Below the pieces are notes generated by a model. The model searched no databases. It saw nothing but the letters and a program-made list of their open reading frames with translations, and was not told the origin of the DNA. This document shows positions 59,983 through 64,000 of a DNA stretch of 64,000 nt, one piece after another. How positions within the stretch are numbered: the first letter of the stretch is position 1; each line of letters starts with the position of its first letter. Source of the DNA: an uncultured Candidatus Rokubacteria bacterium (lineage in GTDB: Bacteria; Methylomirabilota; Methylomirabilia; Rokubacteriales; DASRDR01); contig CAWDVE010000010.1 of NCBI GenBank assembly GCA_963805625.1, positions 1,216,001 to 1,280,000 of the forward strand, in the 5' to 3' direction. The translations under genes and the position numbers were made by a program.

Positions 59983-61509
59983 TCAGAGTACTGGACCGAT
60001 GATCCAGGGCGCGAACTCCTCCTCCCCGATCCCCTGAGTCTCGCTCTTCGTCTTCCTCCCGGACGCGACGGCGACCACCTCCTCGAAGATTTGCCGCCCC
60101 ACGGTCGGAAGCGGCGTGCCCTCGAGGATCACGCCGCAGTTGATGTCCATATCCTCCTCCATCTGCCGGTAGACCAGCGAGTTCGTGGCCAGCTTGATGG
60201 AGGGCACGGGGCGGCACCCGAAGACGGAGCCGCGGCCGGTCGTGAACACCACGATGTTGGCGCCTCCGGCGACGAGGCCCGTGACCGAGACGGGGTCGTG
60301 CCCGGGCGTGTCCATGAAGACGAAGCCGCGCGTGGTGATCGGCTCCCCGTAGAGGAAGACGTCCGTGAGGGGCGTCGTGCCGCCCTTGGTCACCCCTCCG
60401 AGCGACTTCTCGAACACGGTCGTGAGCCCGCCGGCCTTGTTCCCGGGCGCCGGGTTGTTGTCCATCTCGGCCCCGAGGACACGGCAGTAGTACTCCCACC
60501 ACTTGAAGCGGTCGATCAGCTTCTTGGCCACGCCCTCGTTGACGGCGCGCCGGATGAGGAGGTGCTCCGCGCCGTATATCTCCGAGGTCTCCGCGAGGAC
60601 ACCGGTGCCGCCGTAGCGGACCAGCTCGTCCACCGCCCAGCCGAGCGCCGGGTTCGCCGTGATCCCGGAGTTCCCGTCCGAGCCGCCGCAGTTCGTCGCG
60701 AGGATCAGCTCTGAGACCGGCTGCGGCGTCCGCCGCGCCTCGTTGGCGACGGGCAGGAGGTCCAGCACCGCCTTGATCCCGGCCTCGACAGTCTTGCGGA
60801 CTCCACCCGCCTCCTGGATCGAGAGGACGCGGGGCCGCCCGAGTCGCTGGCGCTCGATGAAGGGAACCGTCTGGTTCACCTCGCAGCCGAGCCCGATCAG
60901 GACGTAGGCGCCCACGTTCGGATGGCGGGCGTAGCCCCCGAGCACCCGCATGAGCGCGTCGTGGTCCTCGCCGAAGAGCTTCGTGCCGCACCCCGACTTG
61001 TGGGTGATCGCGATGACGCCGTCGACGTTCGGGAAGTCGCGCTGGACGTCCCGGAAGCGTTCCCGGATGAGCTGGCAGACGCTCGCCGAACAGTTGACGG
61101 TCGAGATCACCGCCACGTAGTTCCGCGTCCCCACTCGCCCGTCGGCCCGCTTGAACCCGTCGAAGTAGCGCATCTGGTCCGGGGGGTAGTAATCGACCGG
61201 CCGCACGTCGACCCCGACCTCGTACTCCCGCTGGTAGTCGCCCACGGCGAGGTTGTGCGTGTGGACGTGCTCACCCTTCTCGATCGGCTGTGTAGCGAAG
61301 CCGATGACCTGACCGTAGCGGCGGACCGCCTCTCCCTTGGCGCGGGCCCGCCGGGCGATCTTGTGCCCGGGGCGGATGTCACACACCACCTCGAGGCGCT
61401 CCCCCTCGTGGTCGAGGACCGTCCCGGTCGGGATGGGCGCCTTGGCGATGACGACGTCGTCGTCGGAGTGAAGGATGAGCGCCTTCGCGCGAAGGTCGTG
61501 CGTCGCCAT
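59983..61509 (-). CDS. UxaA/GarD-family sugar-acid dehydratase (SAF + catalytic domain)
   Basis: GHKIA, RYGQVIG, HVHTHN, GTRNY, GLGCE, CGGSDG, NNPAPGNKAGGL, FTTGRGS. Confidence 0.9.
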   Translation of the reverse strand: MATHDLRAKALILHSDDDVVIAKAPIPTGTVLDHEGERLEVVCDIRPGHKIARRARAKGEAVRRYGQVIGFATQPIEKGEHVHTHNLAVGDYQREYEVGVDVRPVDYYPPDQMRYFDGFKRADGRVGTRNYVAVISTVNCSASVCQLIRERFRDVQRDFPNVDGVIAITHKSGCGTKLFGEDHDALMRVLGGYARHPNVGAYVLIGLGCEVNQTVPFIERQRLGRPRVLSIQEAGGVRKTVEAGIKAVLDLLPVANEARRTPQPVSELILATNCGGSDGNSGITANPALGWAVDELVRYGGTGVLAETSEIYGAEHLLIRRAVNEGVAKKLIDRFKWWEYYCRVLGAEMDNNPAPGNKAGGLTTVFEKSLGGVTKGGTTPLTDVFLYGEPITTRGFVFMDTPGHDPVSVTGLVAGGANIVVFTTGRGSVFGCRPVPSIKLATNSLVYRQMEEDMDINCGVILEGTPLPTVGRQIFEEVVAVASGRKTKSETQGIGEEEFAPWIIGPVL

Positions 61510-61660
61510 GCCCGGAGCTCCTCTCGGTCCTCGGTCGGTGGCTCCTCGCCCGCGCCCGCGGACAGGAACCGCCCCCCCGGTCCTTATACCACACCCAGGG
61601 CGACCGGAACCGCTCCCCGGCGCTTCCAGCCGTCCCGACGCTACGGTAAGATTTCGCTGC

Positions 61661-63073
61661 ATGCGCAGCAGGCGTCTCACGGTCGTCGCCGTCGTGGCGC
61701 TCCTCGCGTGTCTGGCTGGCCAGGCTCCGGCGCAGCTCGCGCCGCGGCCGGTCGCGCCGCGTCCGGCCGCGCCGACCGGGCCCGCCCTCCGCCTGGGGGC
61801 GCTGCTCCCCTTGACCGGCCCGGGCGCCTGGTTCGGCGCGGAGCTCAAGCAGGGACTCGAGCTCGCCGCGGCCGAGCTGGATCCGGCGCCGCGGCAGGGT
61901 GGCGCGGCCCCCGGCGGCGGCACCTCCGAATCGGGGACGCCGCCCGCGGGCGCAGCGGAACCCAAGGCCGACACCGGAACCCGGCCGCCGGCACCCGCTC
62001 CCGCCGGGGAGACCGCTCCCGCGGCTGCCTCACCCGAGACGAAAAAGGCCGAGAATCGCCCTCCGCCCGAACCCGTCGAGCCCGCGGACCGGCCCCGGAC
62101 GCTCGCGCTCGTCGTCCAGGCGGTTGACGTCCAGCCTCTCGACGTGAGAGACGCCGAAGCCGAGGTCAACCGGATGCTCGGCACGGGTATCAACGCGATC
62201 CTGACCGCGTCGCCGACACCCACGCTCGCCGTCTATCCGCTGGCGGCGGGGCGCGACGTCCTGGTGCTCCACGCGGGCCTCGCGACCGAGCGCTTTCCCG
62301 CGACGAGCCGGAGTTTGTTCCAGCTCAGGCCCTCGGCGGCCGCCCGTGCCGACGTCCTCGGTGCGTATGCCTGGGAGCGCGGCATCCGGCGCCTCGGCGT
62401 CCTGGGCGACAGCGACAGCTTCGGCCGCGCGGTCCGCGCGGCGGTCGCCGCCCGTTGGCGACAGCAAGGCGGTCACCTCGCCCACGACGAGAGCGTGTCG
62501 CTGGATGCCTCCGATCTCAGGTCGCGCCTCCGGGCCCTCGCCAGGGTCGCGCCCGAGGCCGTCGTGCTGGGATTCCAGGGAACGGCGCTCGGGGAAGCCG
62601 CGCGCGCGCTCCGTGACGCCGGCTTCGCCGGGCAGATCCTGGCCACGGACGACGACAGGGCGGCGCGCCTGGCCGGCGGACGCGCGGTCGACGGCGCCCT
62701 GATCCTGGCGGACGCGTTCGTTCCCCTGCCCGGCACGCGCGGGGCCCGATTCGCCCGGGCCTACGAGGCCCGCCACGGGCAACCCCCGTCCCGCTTCGCG
62801 GCGAACGCGTACGAGACAGCGACGCTCCTCGCCGAGGCCGCTGAGCGCTCCCTCCGCGATGGACGCGGCGTCACCGGCTCCAGGCTCCGCGACGTCCTCG
62901 TCACAGGGCGCCGCTTTCCCTCCCTCTACGCGGGCGAGCTGATGGTCCGCGACGATGGCACGATCGCGCGGCCACTGGCCCTGTTCCGGGTCGAGCGCGA
63001 GGGCCTGACGTTCGAGACGTACGTGACGGTCGACGGACGAGCGATCGGCGGCGCGCCGGGGAGCGATCCCTGA
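61661..63073 (+). CDS. Branched-chain amino-acid-type (LivJ-like) periplasmic binding protein with a Pro/Ala-rich insertion
   Basis: Signal peptide; [13 protein letters not shown]...GLELA, DSDSFG, AANAYE. Confidence 0.75.
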   Translation: MRSRRLTVVAVVALLACLAGQAPAQLAPRPVAPRPAAPTGPALRLGALLPLTGPGAWFGAELKQGLELAAAELDPAPRQGGAAPGGGTSESGTPPAGAAEPKADTGTRPPAPAPAGETAPAAASPETKKAENRPPPEPVEPADRPRTLALVVQAVDVQPLDVRDAEAEVNRMLGTGINAILTASPTPTLAVYPLAAGRDVLVLHAGLATERFPATSRSLFQLRPSAAARADVLGAYAWERGIRRLGVLGDSDSFGRAVRAAVAARWRQQGGHLAHDESVSLDASDLRSRLRALARVAPEAVVLGFQGTALGEAARALRDAGFAGQILATDDDRAARLAGGRAVDGALILADAFVPLPGTRGARFARAYEARHGQPPSRFAANAYETATLLAEAAERSLRDGRGVTGSRLRDVLVTGRRFPSLYAGELMVRDDGTIARPLALFRVEREGLTFETYVTVDGRAIGGAPGSDP

Positions 63074-64000
63074 CCTTCCGGGACGGCGGGCTCGACCTCT
63101 CTCCGGAGGAACGGGCCCTCCGGGCCGCCGTAGCCCGTGCAGGCGCCGAGACGTTCCGGCCTCTCGCCGAGGCGTGGGGAGAGCGCGACGAGCTCAACTG
63201 GGATCTCGCACGAGCCCTCGGTCGCGAGGGCCTCTTTCCGCGGCTCGTGCCCGCCGCCTACGGGGGCGGTCTCGAGGGGCCGTTCCGATCGGTGACCCTC
63301 TGTCTCATCCGCGAGGAGCTCGCCCGGACGTCCCGGCCGCCGAGGAGTTGTTGGCGATCCAGGGGCTGGGGAGCTACCCCATCCTCCTCGCGGGCTCCGA
63401 CGCTCAGAAGCAGCGCTGGCTCCCACCGCTGGCCCGAGGCGAGACCGTTCCCCGCATTCGCGCTGACCGAGCCCGAGGCGGGCTCGGACGCTGCCGCCCT
63501 AACGACGCACGCCGAGCCCCGTGGCGACCACTGGGTGCTCACGGGTCGGAAGCGCTTCATCTCGAACGCGCCCGTCGCCGACCCTCTACGTGGTGTTCGC
63601 CCGCACGGGACCGGCGCCCGGCGCCAAGGGCCTCTCGGCCCTCGGCGTCCGAAGGACGCTCCGGGCCTCACCGGGACACCCATGCACAGGCTCGCCCCCA
63701 CGTCATCGGCGAGCTCACCTTCGAGGACTGCCGCGTCCCCGCGGACCACCGGCTCGGCGCCGAGGGTGACGGCTGGCGGGTGGCGATGGGAACGCTCGAC
63801 GTCTTCCGCGCGTCGGTGGGGGCGCAGGCCGTGGGCCTGTGACAGGCCGCCCTCGACCTCGCGCTCACGCACGCGCGGCCCCGGACCCAGTTCGGCCAGC
63901 CGATCGCCCAGATCCACGGAGGTGCGGGCGTGCTCCGCGGGGCCCCGATCGAGCGCCTGTACCGGGAGGTGCGCGCCCCCCGGATCTACGAAGGCACCTC
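63074..64000 (+). pseudogene. Acyl-CoA dehydrogenase, multiply frameshifted and internally deleted (runs off window)
   Basis: Pieces [43 protein letters not shown] joined directly to [18 protein letters not shown]. Confidence 0.85.

Noticed and set aside
59983-61509. Sulfolactate sulfo-lyase (SuyAB) linked to the ComDE-like genes
   Set aside because: A single fused UxaA/GarD-type polypeptide 40 kb away; nothing in the sequence favours SuyAB over a sugar-acid dehydratase

Overview
A very GC-rich bacterial chromosomal segment. Gene style and content resemble Candidatus Rokubacteria/Methylomirabilota, which is an inference only. The first ~18 kb is a phosphate-starvation island: phoU-pstB-pstA-pstC-pstS, an orphan PhoB-like regulator, an amphi-Trp domain gene, ppx-ppk1, a fused phoX/phoD remnant and mgsA. 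A TPP-riboswitch-controlled thiDEOSG-tenI operon is embedded within it. The strongest signal not explained by the ORF track is a set of pentamer arrays (GTCAT/GTAAC-like) at an exact 11-bp period. They sit upstream of pstS, phoB, ppx and phoX, and also upstream of four unexpected genes: the amphi-Trp gene, a 72-aa membrane protein, a catalytically degenerate alpha/beta hydrolase and methylglyoxal synthase. In five cases a -10-like hexamer follows exactly 10 nt later. This lets a candidate lineage-specific Pho regulon be read directly from the DNA. The remainder holds catabolic and accessory genes: a flavin amine oxidase with a ComDE-like decarboxylase, a ceramidase-like hydrolase, CYTH-CHAD, dioxygenases, a DgcA-like flavoenzyme with ETF, a membrane Fe-S protein and benzoate-CoA ligase, asnB, lgt, trkA and uxaA. 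It also holds a decayed IS110 element with a structured non-coding end, several small unannotated proteins, and many gene fragments that look like internal-deletion scars. No rRNA, complete tRNA or CRISPR array was seen. All product calls come from recognising motifs by eye; no database search was run.
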